Positions 44,316-55,255 of a DNA stretch of 64,000 nt are shown one piece after another. This DNA comes from an uncultured Anaerolineaceae bacterium (lineage in GTDB: Bacteria > Chloroflexota > Anaerolineae > Anaerolineales > UBA11579), in the NCBI GenBank assembly GCA_964572455.1, contig CAZNFL010000005.1, forward strand, positions 219 through 64,218. The letters run 5' to 3'. The position numbers and the translations under genes were made by a program. The notes below the pieces were generated by a model. That model ran no database searches, had not been told where the DNA came from, and saw nothing but the letters and a program-made list of their open reading frames with translations. Position 1 is the stretch's first letter; every line of letters begins with the position of its first letter.

Positions 44316-46250
44316 ATGTCCTTGTTTAAAAGAATATTGACCCTCACCAAGGCCACCCAGCAACTCGGCCTCAAACCCACGCTGCTGTACGCAGGCTATC
44401 AATTTAAGCTGCGCAGCGGTTGGCTGCGCTGGAAGACGCCGGCCGGCGGGCGCAACCTGCCGGGCGAAGAAGTCGAACCTAAAATTGTCCTGGAACCGGC
44501 GAGCAAAAAAGAATTAAAGAGATTGTTAGGCAACCGGAGCCAAGCTATTTTTGCCGAAGCCGAGGAGATCTTGCAGGGCCAAGTTCGTTTGTTTGGCGCC
44601 GAGCCGCGCAAATTGCTCCTAGCGCTCCCCGGAAAACTGCAACATTGGACCCGTTATCAAAATCGCCTGCCCAACGGAGCTGACGTCAAACCGGTGTGGG
44701 AGGTTGGGCGCTTTGGCTGGGCTACTGTCCTAGCGCGGGCCTATTGGCTGAGCGGAGATGACCGTTATGCGAAAGGCTTTTGGGCAACTTTCGGGGAATT
44801 TGTGGCCGCCAACCCAGCGAACCTAGGCCCGCATTGGAGTTCAGCTCAGGAAGTGGCCCTGCGGCTGATCGCCTGGGCTTTCTGCTACAGCTTGCTAGCC
44901 GCGGCTGCCAGCAGTACCCACGCCCGCAAAATTTTATTATCCCGCAGCATCGCCCAGCATGCCGAGCGCATCCCCCCTACGCTGGATTACGCGCGGGCGC
45001 AGAATAACAACCATTACCTCAGCGAGGCGCTGGGTTTGTGCACGGCGGCTGCCCTACTGCCACAGCATGCCGATGCTCAACAATGGAAAAGCGTGGGCTG
45101 GGCAGCGTTTATCGAAGGCGTGGAAACGCAGGTGCACGCGGATGGTGCCTATGCCCAGCACAGCAGCAACTACCACCGTCTCCTGCTGCAATTGGGGCTG
45201 TGGACTGGGGTGCTGGCCCGCAATTTCGGGGAGAGCCTGCCGCGCAAAACCTTGACGAAGTTAGGCAAGGCTACCGACTGGCTGCTGGCTTTATTGGATG
45301 AAGACAGCGGCAGTGTTCCCAACCTAGGGCCCAACGATGGGGCTTACATCCTGCCGTTCAGCGTGCTGCCTTTTTTTGATTACCGGCCAGCCTTGCAGGC
45401 GGCCCGACTGAGCTTCAAGGGAGAGATAGCCCTGCGCCCCGGGACCTGGGATGAAATGGCCTTATGGCTGGGCCTGGAGCCCATCAAGCGCAAGGCGCCA
45501 GCCAAGTACAGCGCCGCGCCGTTGCGCTTACAAGGTAGGCGTTCCTGGGCATATTTGCGGGCAGCCGAGTTCCAAGAACGGCCGGGGCATGCCGACCAGC
45601 TGCATGTCGACCTGTGGTGGCGCGGCCTGAATCTGGCGCTGGACGCCGGCAGTTATCTTTATACGGCGCCAGCTCCGTGGGACAACGCGCTGACCGGCGG
45701 CAAAGTGCACAACACGATCACGGTGAACGGGCGCGACCAAATGACCCGCGCCGGGCGCTTCCTGTGGCTGGACTGGGCGCAGGCAGAACTCCTGGCGACG
45801 CGGGCGGACAACAAGGGGCGCCTGGTATTTGCCGCGGCGCAGCACAACGGCTACGAAAAGCTTAGTGTGATCCACCGCCGCGAAGTCAGCGCCGAGACGC
45901 GCGGCTGGGTTATCGAAGATCACCTGGAGCCAACCGAGGAGCCGCACTTGGTGAAGGTGCGCTTGCAATGGCTGCTGCCAGATTGGAAATGGAGCTTCAA
46001 AGCACAAGAACTGCGCCTCGCCTCTCCTCACGGCGCGGTGACGTTGGCACCTACCACCAGCGCAGCCGACGCGCCAAAATTTTCAATTGTGCGCGCGGGG
46101 AAAGTGATCTACGGCCGCGGGCCGGCTGATCCGGTACTTGGCTGGATGTCCCCCGCTTATGGTGTCAAGTTGCCTGCACTCACATTCAATATTGACGTAA
46201 GCGGCCTGGCGCCATTCACCATCACCAGCACCTGGACGTTGCCCAAGTGA
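44316..46250 (+). CDS. heparinase II/III family protein
   Basis: 644 aa. C-terminal HADQLHVDLWWRGLNLALDAGSYLY, typical of the heparinase II/III-like domain. Confidence 0.7.
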   Translation: MSLFKRILTLTKATQQLGLKPTLLYAGYQFKLRSGWLRWKTPAGGRNLPGEEVEPKIVLEPASKKELKRLLGNRSQAIFAEAEEILQGQVRLFGAEPRKLLLALPGKLQHWTRYQNRLPNGADVKPVWEVGRFGWATVLARAYWLSGDDRYAKGFWATFGEFVAANPANLGPHWSSAQEVALRLIAWAFCYSLLAAAASSTHARKILLSRSIAQHAERIPPTLDYARAQNNNHYLSEALGLCTAAALLPQHADAQQWKSVGWAAFIEGVETQVHADGAYAQHSSNYHRLLLQLGLWTGVLARNFGESLPRKTLTKLGKATDWLLALLDEDSGSVPNLGPNDGAYILPFSVLPFFDYRPALQAARLSFKGEIALRPGTWDEMALWLGLEPIKRKAPAKYSAAPLRLQGRRSWAYLRAAEFQERPGHADQLHVDLWWRGLNLALDAGSYLYTAPAPWDNALTGGKVHNTITVNGRDQMTRAGRFLWLDWAQAELLATRADNKGRLVFAAAQHNGYEKLSVIHRREVSAETRGWVIEDHLEPTEEPHLVKVRLQWLLPDWKWSFKAQELRLASPHGAVTLAPTTSAADAPKFSIVRAGKVIYGRGPADPVLGWMSPAYGVKLPALTFNIDVSGLAPFTITSTWTLPK

Positions 46251-47503
46251 CCTCTTCACAAGTGAAGTTATCAAAAAAGAGTCTGCATATTCTGTTGATC
46301 CACCAGGCCTTCGTGGACCTGAGCGAAGCCGGCGGCACGCGCCATACTGAATTTGCGCGCTACCTGGCCTCGCGCGGCCAGCGCGTCACGATAATCGCCT
46401 CTTCGGTCAACTATTTGACCGGCAAGGAGCGCGGGGCAGATCAGGAACTGACCACGCAAGTGCCAGGCGTGGAATTGTTACGAGCGGCCACCTACCACGG
46501 GCTGCATCGTTCCTTCATTCATCGCTTGATAAGTTTTTTTACGTTCACGCTGAGTTCTTTTTTTATCGGGCTGCGCGTGAAAGACGTCGACTTGGTTTGG
46601 GGCACCACGCCGCCCATCTTTCAGACTCTGACCGCCTGGCTGTTGGCGCACCTTAAAGGCGTGCCCTTTCTGCTAGAAGTGCGCGACCTGTGGCCCGCGT
46701 TCGCGGTGCAGGTCGGCGTTTTGCGCAATCCAGTACTGATCCGCGCGTCTGAATGGCTGGAGCGCTTCCTTTATCGCAACGCAGACCAACTGGTGGTGAA
46801 CTCGCCGGGCTTTGTCGAGCACGTGAAAGCGCGCGGCGGAAAGCGAATCTCCGTGGTACCCAACGGGGCGGACGCGACCATGTTCGACCCGAGCGCCAGC
46901 GGCGCGCAGTTCCGCACGCGGCACAGCTTGTCGCCGGAGGCGTTCGTGGTGCTGTACGCCGGCGCGCATGGCCTATCCAACGATCTGGGCATCGTGCTGC
47001 AGGCCGCCGAGTTGGTAAAAGCCGAGGAAAAAATTCTCATCGTACTTATGGGCGATGGGAAGGACAAACCGGCGCTGCAAGCCCAGGCAGCCGATCTGAA
47101 GCTGGAGAATGTGCGCTTTCTACCGCCGTTGCCCAAGACCCAGATGCCTGAAGCCCTGGCTGCCGCGGATGCCTGCCTGGCTATCCTGAAACCTATAAAA
47201 CTTTATGCGACGGTTTATCCCAACAAGGTCTTCGATTACATGGCTGCCGGCCGCCCAGTGCTGCTGGCCATCGACGGCGCGATGCGCAAGGTCGTGGAGG
47301 AGGCCGGGGCCGGCCTCTTCGTGCCGCCCGGGGATGCGCAGTCCCTGGCGCAGGCCATGACCCGGTTGGCCGGCGACCCGGCCAAAGCCCGCGCCTTGGG
47401 CTGCGCCGGGCGGGTTTACCTGGAAGCGCATTTCGAACGCACCAAGTTAGCCGAACTTATGCTAGATGTAATTCAAGAAACAGCCACCCGCAGCCGGACC
47501 TAA
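46247..47503 (+). CDS. glycosyltransferase family 4
   Basis: GT-B fold with an EX7E-like C-terminal region. 4-nt overlap with the upstream gene. Confidence 0.8.
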   Translation: MTSSQVKLSKKSLHILLIHQAFVDLSEAGGTRHTEFARYLASRGQRVTIIASSVNYLTGKERGADQELTTQVPGVELLRAATYHGLHRSFIHRLISFFTFTLSSFFIGLRVKDVDLVWGTTPPIFQTLTAWLLAHLKGVPFLLEVRDLWPAFAVQVGVLRNPVLIRASEWLERFLYRNADQLVVNSPGFVEHVKARGGKRISVVPNGADATMFDPSASGAQFRTRHSLSPEAFVVLYAGAHGLSNDLGIVLQAAELVKAEEKILIVLMGDGKDKPALQAQAADLKLENVRFLPPLPKTQMPEALAAADACLAILKPIKLYATVYPNKVFDYMAAGRPVLLAIDGAMRKVVEEAGAGLFVPPGDAQSLAQAMTRLAGDPAKARALGCAGRVYLEAHFERTKLAELMLDVIQETATRSRT

Positions 47504-47525
47504 GCCCGAAGCTATAATCATAACG

Positions 47526-48440
47526 ATGCCAAAAAAGAGCAAACTGCCGGAGTTGAGCGAGAGCGAACTGCGCCGCTTACTGCTGGACCGGCGCCAGGCG
47601 GACCGCGCCCGCCGGCTGCAGGCCTTCAAGCACAGCGGGGAGCTTCTGGCGGCCAGCGCCGCCCCTGCCGAGCCTATCGACGGAGACCCCCTAAGCGGAC
47701 CCAGGGTGCACGCCGCGCCGAGTTTGAAGCTGGAATCCGGGTTGCGGGCCGCCAGCTGGGTAGACCGCATCTTACTGGCCGTAGAGGTTTTGGCGGCCGT
47801 GGGCTTGGTCTACATCTTATTTAACGGGCTTAGCGTATTGGATACCTTGAATCGTGAGTTGGCGTCGGCGCTCTCGTTGGCCCCTGAACTCAGCGGCCCG
47901 GCCCCGCTTATCGGGCCGGTTGTGCTGCCTTCCGGCCACACCCCACCCAGGGAGGGGGAGCCGGCCCGCCCCAACGAAGCCGAGATCCCTGCCCACCTGC
48001 GGCCGCTCATGCAGGCCTACGTCGCCGCGGTGGAAGTGCCCACCCCCGGCCCCGAACAAGCCCTGGGGATCGAGATCGAGACCATCGGCGTCTCGGCACC
48101 GATCGTGTTGGGGGACGATTGGGAAGCGCTGAAGCGCGGGGTGGGCCAGCATATCGGCAGCGCCGACCCCGGCCAGAACGGCAACCTGGTGCTGACCGGC
48201 CATAATGATATTTACGGGGAGGTTTTCCGCTTTCTTGTGGACTTGAAGCCCGGCGACGAGATCGTAATTTTCACAGCCAGCAGAAGCTACACCTACGTGG
48301 TGACTGAAACGTTGATCGTGGAGCCCGATTTTGTAGAGGTGCTGGAGCCGACGCCCAACGCCACCCTGACGCTGATCAGCTGCACCCCTTATCGAGTCGA
48401 TACGCAGCGCATTGTCGTGCTGGCGGAACTGCAGGGCTAA
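47526..48440 (+). CDS. sortase family transpeptidase
   Basis: LTGHND catalytic His and the TLISCTPY Cys motif. N-terminal cytoplasmic extension plus a TM segment. Confidence 0.8.
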   Translation: MPKKSKLPELSESELRRLLLDRRQADRARRLQAFKHSGELLAASAAPAEPIDGDPLSGPRVHAAPSLKLESGLRAASWVDRILLAVEVLAAVGLVYILFNGLSVLDTLNRELASALSLAPELSGPAPLIGPVVLPSGHTPPREGEPARPNEAEIPAHLRPLMQAYVAAVEVPTPGPEQALGIEIETIGVSAPIVLGDDWEALKRGVGQHIGSADPGQNGNLVLTGHNDIYGEVFRFLVDLKPGDEIVIFTASRSYTYVVTETLIVEPDFVEVLEPTPNATLTLISCTPYRVDTQRIVVLAELQG

Positions 48441-50197
48441 GGAACGAAGCGCCACAGGAGAAGAATGCGGTCTTCTCCAAACAGATAGGTTGCATAAGGG
48501 GAGAGATGTCCCTCGAGCATGGGCGCGTAAGGATTTGTCTGGGTGAGGATGTATTCATTGCCAAAGACATAGTCCGTACCTTGTTCTGCCATGTAATCGA
48601 CCCCCTCACCTGTCTGCATAGCCTCCAAATAAGCTACCGAATTCATTAGCCCGTCCATATTGATGATGGTGCGATCGCGGATGAAGTAGGCCAAATTGCC
48701 TGCGCCAGTAATGGCCACGCGGGCGCCTGCTTCGGTATTTGCTTCCAGCCAACGGGCGCGGTGAATGTAAAAGTGATTGCTGCCATCCCCCGGGGGGCGC
48801 GCGGCGGTTTGGACGAAGAGCAGGTAAGCCAGGCTGATCAATGCAAATGCGATCCCGCCTACTACTGGGGCGGCCCGCTTTATTTCCTTAGATGGGATGC
48901 GGGCTGCAATGCGCAGCAAGGCATCCAGCAAGAAGCCCAGGGTTAGTAAGAGTAGGAGCATCTCTGCGATCCAATACCAGGGCTGTTGGGCCAACGAGCC
49001 TGCTAGCTTGTAATAAGCAATTTGCATAAAGCAGGCGAGGAAAAAGGGAAGCAGTCCCAGGCCGCGGGCGGCCGCTCTGAACAACTTGCGCTCCGCCCAC
49101 ACCAGCGCGCCCACTACTGCAGCCAGCAAGGCTCCCAGGCTCAGCAGCGCCACCCGCCTGGCGTCCACGGAGATGGCTTGACCCGTGACCGCCAACAGCC
49201 ATTCGGCGGCGGCGTATAAGGGCGCGGTGAGCAGCGACCAGGGGCCGAGTTCGGGATCATCGGTGAGGAATTGGCCGGCGAAGTCCACCCAATCGCGCAC
49301 CGGGAAACCGTACACCGTGTTGCGCAAGGTACCCCACCATACCTTGACCTGGCCGCTTACCGGCGTTGTGGTGCCAAAAGCAAACAAGTTCCAACTCAAG
49401 TAAAGCAGCACCACCAACGCCAGCGGAGCAAAGAGAGCCGCGGCCACTTGGATGCGCCAATTCCAGGCCGGCTGCTTAGGCGTCGTTTTCGGAGGCCGCC
49501 ACGACTGCAGCAGGAGCCATACACCGCCCACGCCGACCAGGAATAAATTATCCAGCCTTGCGAGGACGGCCAGGGCGCCCAGGAGGCTGACTCCGACCAG
49601 GCGGCGCAAGATCTGCTTACTTTCCGCGTGCGGGGAAAAGCCGGACAGGAAATACCAAAACAGCAGGATACAAAAGGCATTCAACCCGGCTTCCACGCCA
49701 GTGTGTATGGTGAGGTCATGGATGCGGGGCAGGACGATCCATACCAGGCCAATGAAGCCGGCGACCCAGGCCGAGGTGTAGCGCCGCATGAGGCGGAACA
49801 GCAGGATGGCGGTGCCTGCGCTCAGCAAGGCCGAGACGATGAGCAGTAAGCGTAGCGACAGCAGCAGATCGAACTGGGCAAAGAAAAAGAGCGGGGTGAT
49901 GACAAAGAGCCAGAGTGGATGAAAACCGTTGGTTGGGTTCAACCCGTCAAAAGTAAAGCCCAAGCCGCCGGCCAGGTTTCTTGCGACCTGGAAGTAATAA
50001 AACCCGTCATCTGAGCTGTACCAATCCAGGATGGTGTTGGCATTACTAATGGAAATGTATAGAGCAGGCAGCACGTTGATTAAAAGAAAGAAGATCTCGA
50101 TCTTATATTCTCTTAAACGCTGGCTCAATGGCTGTTTTGCAGCAGGCATGCTAAAAGTATAAACGAAGGGGAAATGCCGTTTTACAGAAGAATACAA
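48437..50197 (-). CDS. large polytopic membrane protein (GT-C/ArnT-like glycosyltransferase candidate)
   Basis: 586 aa with about 12 or more TM segments. N-terminal DDGFYYFQVARNL motif resembles GT-C enzymes. The assignment is tentative. Confidence 0.5.
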   Translation of the reverse strand: MYSSVKRHFPFVYTFSMPAAKQPLSQRLREYKIEIFFLLINVLPALYISISNANTILDWYSSDDGFYYFQVARNLAGGLGFTFDGLNPTNGFHPLWLFVITPLFFFAQFDLLLSLRLLLIVSALLSAGTAILLFRLMRRYTSAWVAGFIGLVWIVLPRIHDLTIHTGVEAGLNAFCILLFWYFLSGFSPHAESKQILRRLVGVSLLGALAVLARLDNLFLVGVGGVWLLLQSWRPPKTTPKQPAWNWRIQVAAALFAPLALVVLLYLSWNLFAFGTTTPVSGQVKVWWGTLRNTVYGFPVRDWVDFAGQFLTDDPELGPWSLLTAPLYAAAEWLLAVTGQAISVDARRVALLSLGALLAAVVGALVWAERKLFRAAARGLGLLPFFLACFMQIAYYKLAGSLAQQPWYWIAEMLLLLLTLGFLLDALLRIAARIPSKEIKRAAPVVGGIAFALISLAYLLFVQTAARPPGDGSNHFYIHRARWLEANTEAGARVAITGAGNLAYFIRDRTIINMDGLMNSVAYLEAMQTGEGVDYMAEQGTDYVFGNEYILTQTNPYAPMLEGHLSPYATYLFGEDRILLLWRFVP

Positions 50198-50269
50198 AAG
50201 CTAAGTGAAAAAAACTAAGGATAGGAACCTTTTAAATAAGAAGGCTCGGCTTGCGGGGGGTAGCAGAAC

Positions 50270-50356
50270 AAGGTAATTCGGAGAAACAAGGTTATATGGA
50301 TTCTTCGCTGGTGTCGGTTCTCAATCTAGTACTGGCTTAATACCCGCTCAGAATGA
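50270..50356 (-). repeat. long-form family 1 copy (subfamily B)
   Basis: AAGGTAATTCGGAGAAACAAGGTTATATGGATTCTTCGCTGG...CCCGCTCAGAATGAC. Homologous to 32538-32623. Confidence 0.85.
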
Positions 50357-50412
50357 CAAATAGAGCGGATGGCGCTCGAAATGATAAAAATGAGTATGTC
50401 GTTCGGAATGAA

Positions 50413-50598
50413 GTGTGACGAGGGAGGACGGCGCAAGCCATCTTTTTAAATAAAGGGATCCCTCGTCGTTTCTCTCCTCGGGATGACAGGTATGACGAAA
50501 GGGGACAGCGTAAGCCATCCTCTTAAATGGATTCCTCGTCGCTTCGCTCCTCAGAATGACAAGTATTACGAAAGAGGACGGCTGCGCCGTCCTCTTTT
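50413..50598 (-). repeat. 73-77-bp tandem repeat, about 2.5 units, each ending in a family 1 head
   Basis: Units at 50413-50489, 50490-50562 and 50563-50598. The last unit contains the hairpin GAGGACGG-CTGCG-CCGTCCTC. Confidence 0.8.
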
Positions 50599-50633
50599 AC
50601 TGTCAGCCGTCAGATATCTGCTATTTGCTGTTA

Positions 50634-52268
50634 TTAGGGCAAGTACCAGCGCGCCCGCCAATCTCCAGAACCGTCCACCGGCTCGTAGAAATCGGCATTG
50701 GTATGCACCATGTGCATGAAGAGTTGGCCGGGTTTCAAGGGGAAGGGAGTGCCATCCGCATAGACAAAGCGAATGGGGCGCAGGCGGCCGGTTTCCTGCT
50801 CGTAGTCGCCGTTGATGGTGTTCCAGTAGAGGTCGCACACCAACCCATCGCGCAGCAGCTTAGCGCGCCCGGATGTCGATTCCATATTCACGTCGAAGAT
50901 CGTGCCGTCGCCATTGAGTTGCTCGTGCTCGGCAAAGAACACGATCACATTCTCGAAAAGCAACGGGTCGCCAGTGAGCGCCTCGGTGCTTACCTCTTGA
51001 AGTTCCGGATCAAGATAAGTGTTCTGATGCCGAACGTAGGCCGCGTTCTCGGGATCGTAGGTCCAGTAGGTCTGGTTGTTGATGTTGTAGAACATGGTCA
51101 GCGATTCGGCCGGCATACAGCCTGCCGGCGGATTGGGGTCGAACAAGTTGCCGGTCAGATTGGGCGGCCCATAGATGCCGATGTTGTCAGCGGCGATCTC
51201 TTTCAATTGGGTAACGTCCAGGCCGGCCGCGCCGATGTTGCCCGGATCATTGGTCTGGGCCTGGGCGCATACTTGCATCTGGGCCAGTACGGTGGGATCC
51301 GCGCCGGCGATGATGGTGCAGCCTTCGAAGAACCTGCGCACCACTTCATATACGATACGCCCGGAGCGCACGCCTTCGATGCGGATCGAGTAGGCTACGC
51401 CGGCGTCGATATACGCCAGAGAATTTACATCATCAGGGAGCTTGAAGCCATCGGTGAGACCGCTGGCCGGGTCGGCGTCGCTATCCACTTCTTCACCGCC
51501 CTGGTTCTGGTTCACGAAATAGAAGGACTGCTGTAAGTTGCCAGGCAAGATGAAGCGCACCTGGTAGCTGTAACCGAATTCGGGCTCAACTACGAAAGCA
51601 TACCTACCTGCGCCATCGGTGGTGGTGGTTGCCAGCAAAGCGCTATTCAGGATCAACTCGACTTGTACCCCAGGGACACCAGGCTCGCCCGCGTCCTGCA
51701 GGGAGTTGCCGTTGCTGTCGTACCAGACGAAATCGCTGATCAAGTACTGGCCATCTTCATGGGCAGCTTGGTCGTCGCCTTCCTGGTCACCCAGCACATC
51801 GTCCACATCCACTTCGGGGTAGCAGCCGTAATACAGCACGTAGAGACGCGTGTCACCATCGCCGATCCACCACTCAGTAACCCAGGCGGCCCAACTCAGG
51901 CCTGTGGCGGGCCGGGTAGCCTGCGGCGGGAACTGCGAGATGGAAATGCCCACCACGCCCCAGTCGGCAGCTTGGGGTTCGCAAAGCGCTTGCCCGGTTA
52001 GCGGGTTGTAGTCGGCCGGGAATTCATCCGGGCCAAGGACTTCAGGCAGATCAGGATCCGGTGTTGGCGTTGGGCCTTCCTCTTGCTCTACAGGGATTTG
52101 TGCTTCACCTACATAGAGCGAGCTTAGCCCTCCCATATTTTCGACCGCCCCTGATGTCAAACCCCCTGCGATGGTGCCCGCCGCCGCACAGCCAGCCAAA
52201 AGCACCGAACTGCAGAGCAGGGCAAACAAGAGGGATGATTTTGAACTCAAATCTTTCATTATTTGCAT
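50634..52268 (-). CDS. DUF3048 family lipoprotein with inserted SdrD/Cna-B-like domain
   Basis: Lipobox LLAGC. NPLTGQ motif. WYDSNGNSLQDAGEPGVPGVQVEL...DGAGRYAF is typical of a B-type fold. Confidence 0.65.
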   Translation of the reverse strand: MQIMKDLSSKSSLLFALLCSSVLLAGCAAAGTIAGGLTSGAVENMGGLSSLYVGEAQIPVEQEEGPTPTPDPDLPEVLGPDEFPADYNPLTGQALCEPQAADWGVVGISISQFPPQATRPATGLSWAAWVTEWWIGDGDTRLYVLYYGCYPEVDVDDVLGDQEGDDQAAHEDGQYLISDFVWYDSNGNSLQDAGEPGVPGVQVELILNSALLATTTTDGAGRYAFVVEPEFGYSYQVRFILPGNLQQSFYFVNQNQGGEEVDSDADPASGLTDGFKLPDDVNSLAYIDAGVAYSIRIEGVRSGRIVYEVVRRFFEGCTIIAGADPTVLAQMQVCAQAQTNDPGNIGAAGLDVTQLKEIAADNIGIYGPPNLTGNLFDPNPPAGCMPAESLTMFYNINNQTYWTYDPENAAYVRHQNTYLDPELQEVSTEALTGDPLLFENVIVFFAEHEQLNGDGTIFDVNMESTSGRAKLLRDGLVCDLYWNTINGDYEQETGRLRPIRFVYADGTPFPLKPGQLFMHMVHTNADFYEPVDGSGDWRARWYLP

Positions 52269-52392
52269 TTCTGACCTCGACTAATTCTATCCTCATAGGA
52301 TTGAAGCCGCCGTAGTACATGAGTCCTAAGTCAAAAAAGGCCGCGGAAAAGCCCCTAAAAAGCAAGCGGTATAATCGCCAATTGGAGCCTTA

Positions 52393-55092
52393 ATGGCAAC
52401 AGACCCTTTCAAAACCCGTAAAACCCTCAAGGTCGGCAATAGCCAATACATTTATTACAGTTTGCGCCAGCTGGAAGCGGACGGCCTCACCCGATTAGAT
52501 CGCTTGCCCCTTTCCATCCGCATCCTTTTGGAAATGGTCCTGCGTAACGTCAATCAGACAGATGTATTCGAGCAGGACGTGCGCAACCTGGCCGCCTGGC
52601 AGCCGGTAGCCGCCGAGCGCCCCCCCATCCCGTTCAAGCCCGGGCGTGTCCTTTTGCAGGATTTCACTGGCGTGCCCGCCATCGTGGACCTGGCCGCCAT
52701 GCGTGACGCCATGGCCAAGCTGGGCGGCGATCCCAAGAAGATCAACCCCTTGGTGCCCGTCGACCTGGTCATCGACCATTCGGTGCAAGTGGATTTCTTT
52801 GCCAGCCTGGATGCGCTGCAGCGTAACGCGGAAATTGAGTTCATGCGCAACCGGGAACGCTACGAGTTCCTGCACTGGGGGCAGCAAGCCTTCGACAATT
52901 TCCGAGTGGTGCCCCCCAACACCGGCATCGTCCATCAGGTCAATCTCGAGTACCTTGGCCAGGTGGTGATGACCCGCCAGGAGGGAAGCGAGCGGGTAGC
53001 CTTCCCCGACACGCTGGTGGGCACCGATTCGCACACCACGATGATCAACGGCCTCGGCGTGGTGGGCTGGGGGGTGGGCGGCATCGAAGCTGAGGCTGCC
53101 ATGCTGGGGCGCGCCATCGATATGCTGGCGCCCGAGGTGATCGGCTTCAAGCTGCGAGGCCGGCTTAGGGAAGGCATCACCCCCACAGACCTGACCCTGA
53201 CGATCACGCAGATGCTGCGCGCCAAAGGCGTGGTGGACAAGTTCGTCGAATTCTATGGCCCCGGGCTGAATGTGATGAGCCTGGCCGACCGGGCTATGGT
53301 CGGCAATATGTCGCCGGAGAATGGCGCTACCATCACCTACTTCCCGGTAGACGCCGAAACGTTGCGGTACCTGCGGCTCACCGCCCGCAGCGAAGAACAT
53401 ATTGCCTTGGTGGAAGCCTATTGCAAAGAACAAAAATTATTCCGCGACGAGAATACACCCGACCCAGAATTCAGCGACACGGTCGAGCTCGATCTGAATG
53501 AAGTGGAGCCCAGCCTGTCGGGGCCTAAACGCCCACAAGACCGGGTGACCCTGGAAAACATGCGAGCCGAGTTTCACAAGGCGCTCATTGCGCCGAAGAG
53601 CGAACGCGGCTTTGCGCTGGCGGCCGATGCAGTTGACAAGAAAGTCGCCTTTGGCACCAACGGCTCGCGGGCCGAGATGGGCCACGGAGCCCTGGTCATC
53701 GCCGCCATCACCTCCTGCACCAACACCTCCAACCCCTCGGTGATGCTGGGCGCAGGGTTGCTGGCAAAAAAGGCCGTGGAGCGCGGGCTGAAGGTGAAGC
53801 CGTATGTAAAAACCAGCCTGGCACCGGGCTCGCGCGTGGTGACCGAATATTTGGAGAAAGCCGAGCTGATGGAGCCGCTCTCCGCGCTAGGTTTCAATCT
53901 AGTCGGCTATGGCTGCACTACCTGCATCGGCAATTCAGGCCCGCTGGCCGGCGAGGTGGTAAAAGCGATCACCAGTTCGGATCTGGTGGCCGCGGCGGTG
54001 CTTTCCGGCAATCGCAATTTCGAAGGCCGCATCCACCCATACGCCCTGGCCAATTACCTGGCTTCGCCGCCGCTGGTGGTGGCTTACGCGCTGGCCGGCA
54101 CGGTGGATATCGACCTGACCCGCGAGCCGCTCGGTATCGGTAAAAAAGGCGAGCCGGTGTACCTCAAGGACATTTGGCCGACTAACGAAGAGATCCGCGC
54201 TGCCATTGAGAACAACGTCAAACCTGCCATGTTTGCTGAGCGTTATTCCAACGTGTTCACCGGCAACGAGACTTGGAACAATATTTCGGCGCATGGCACT
54301 GAGTTATATAGCTGGGATGAAGCGTCAACGTATATTCAAAATCCGCCATTTTTTGAGGATCTGACCCGCGAACCGCACGCTGTCCAAGATATCCGCGGCG
54401 CCCGCGTGCTGGCCATGCTGGGCGACTCGGTGACCACCGACCATATCTCACCGGCTGGCGCCATCCCGGTGGATAGCCCGGCGGGGAAATATCTGCTGGA
54501 AAATGGGGTTACGGTGCCCAACTTTAATTCTTACGGGTCACGCCGCGGCAACGACCGGGTGATGACCCGCGGCACCTTCGCCAATATCAGGCTGAAGAAC
54601 AACCTGGTGCCGGGCGTCGAAGGCGGCTTCACATTGCGCCTGCCCGAGGGCAAGCAGATGAGCATCTTCGAGGCCTCGCTCAAGTACAAGGAAGAGGCCA
54701 CGCCGCTTATCATATTGGCCGGCAAAGAATACGGGGCCGGCTCCAGCCGCGACTGGGCCGCCAAGGGGCCGCGCCTTTTGGGTGTGCGCGCCGTCATCGC
54801 CGAATCTTTTGAACGCATCCACCGCAGCAATCTGATCGGCATGGGCATCCTGCCGTTGCGATATAGGCAGGGTGAAAGCGCGGCAACCATTGGCCTCACT
54901 GGCCGCGAGCTCTATTCGCTCGAAGGCATTCTAGAAGGCATGCAGCCCAAGGCGGAGATCCAAGTGCGAGCGTTGGGTGAAGGCGGGGCGGAAACGACCT
55001 TCTGGGCCGTCACCTGCTTGAATACCAGGCAAGACGTCGACGTGTATGAACAGGGCGGCATCTTGCACGCGGTTGTGCGCGAAATGGCCTAG
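52393..55092 (+). CDS. acnA: aconitate hydratase A
   Basis: 899 aa with conserved aconitase motifs throughout ([32 protein letters not shown]). Confidence 0.95.
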   Translation: MATDPFKTRKTLKVGNSQYIYYSLRQLEADGLTRLDRLPLSIRILLEMVLRNVNQTDVFEQDVRNLAAWQPVAAERPPIPFKPGRVLLQDFTGVPAIVDLAAMRDAMAKLGGDPKKINPLVPVDLVIDHSVQVDFFASLDALQRNAEIEFMRNRERYEFLHWGQQAFDNFRVVPPNTGIVHQVNLEYLGQVVMTRQEGSERVAFPDTLVGTDSHTTMINGLGVVGWGVGGIEAEAAMLGRAIDMLAPEVIGFKLRGRLREGITPTDLTLTITQMLRAKGVVDKFVEFYGPGLNVMSLADRAMVGNMSPENGATITYFPVDAETLRYLRLTARSEEHIALVEAYCKEQKLFRDENTPDPEFSDTVELDLNEVEPSLSGPKRPQDRVTLENMRAEFHKALIAPKSERGFALAADAVDKKVAFGTNGSRAEMGHGALVIAAITSCTNTSNPSVMLGAGLLAKKAVERGLKVKPYVKTSLAPGSRVVTEYLEKAELMEPLSALGFNLVGYGCTTCIGNSGPLAGEVVKAITSSDLVAAAVLSGNRNFEGRIHPYALANYLASPPLVVAYALAGTVDIDLTREPLGIGKKGEPVYLKDIWPTNEEIRAAIENNVKPAMFAERYSNVFTGNETWNNISAHGTELYSWDEASTYIQNPPFFEDLTREPHAVQDIRGARVLAMLGDSVTTDHISPAGAIPVDSPAGKYLLENGVTVPNFNSYGSRRGNDRVMTRGTFANIRLKNNLVPGVEGGFTLRLPEGKQMSIFEASLKYKEEATPLIILAGKEYGAGSSRDWAAKGPRLLGVRAVIAESFERIHRSNLIGMGILPLRYRQGESAATIGLTGRELYSLEGILEGMQPKAEIQVRALGEGGAETTFWAVTCLNTRQDVDVYEQGGILHAVVREMA

Positions 55093-55110
55093 ATGCCTGA
55101 TGAAAAATGT

Positions 55111-55142
55111 AAGGGCGGGTCTTAGACCCGCCCTTTTGGTTT
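55111..55142 (+). terminator. intrinsic terminator of acnA
   Basis: AAGGGCGGGTC-TTA-GACCCGCCCTT followed by TTGGTTT. Confidence 0.8.
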
Positions 55143-55150
55143 AAACATGA

Positions 55151-55223
55151 TTTGCAGAACATGGTTATTCGGAAGACAAGGTTATAAAGATTCTTCGGCT
55201 CGCCGAGCTCGCCTCAGAATGAC
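55151..55223 (-). repeat. long-form family 1 copy (subfamily A)
   Basis: The 3' 35 nt ATTCTTCGGCTCGCCGAGCTCGCCTCAGAATGACA are identical to the copies at 30851-30923 and 62301-62372. Confidence 0.9.
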
Positions 55224-55255
55224 ACTTGGGATCCCTATTCACTAATTAGTAATCT

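Noticed and set aside
52370-52375. A TATAAT box 18 nt upstream of the acnA start, considered as the acnA promoter.
   Set aside because: There is no acceptable -35 hexamer or TG extension at the right spacing. It is too weak to call from sequence alone.
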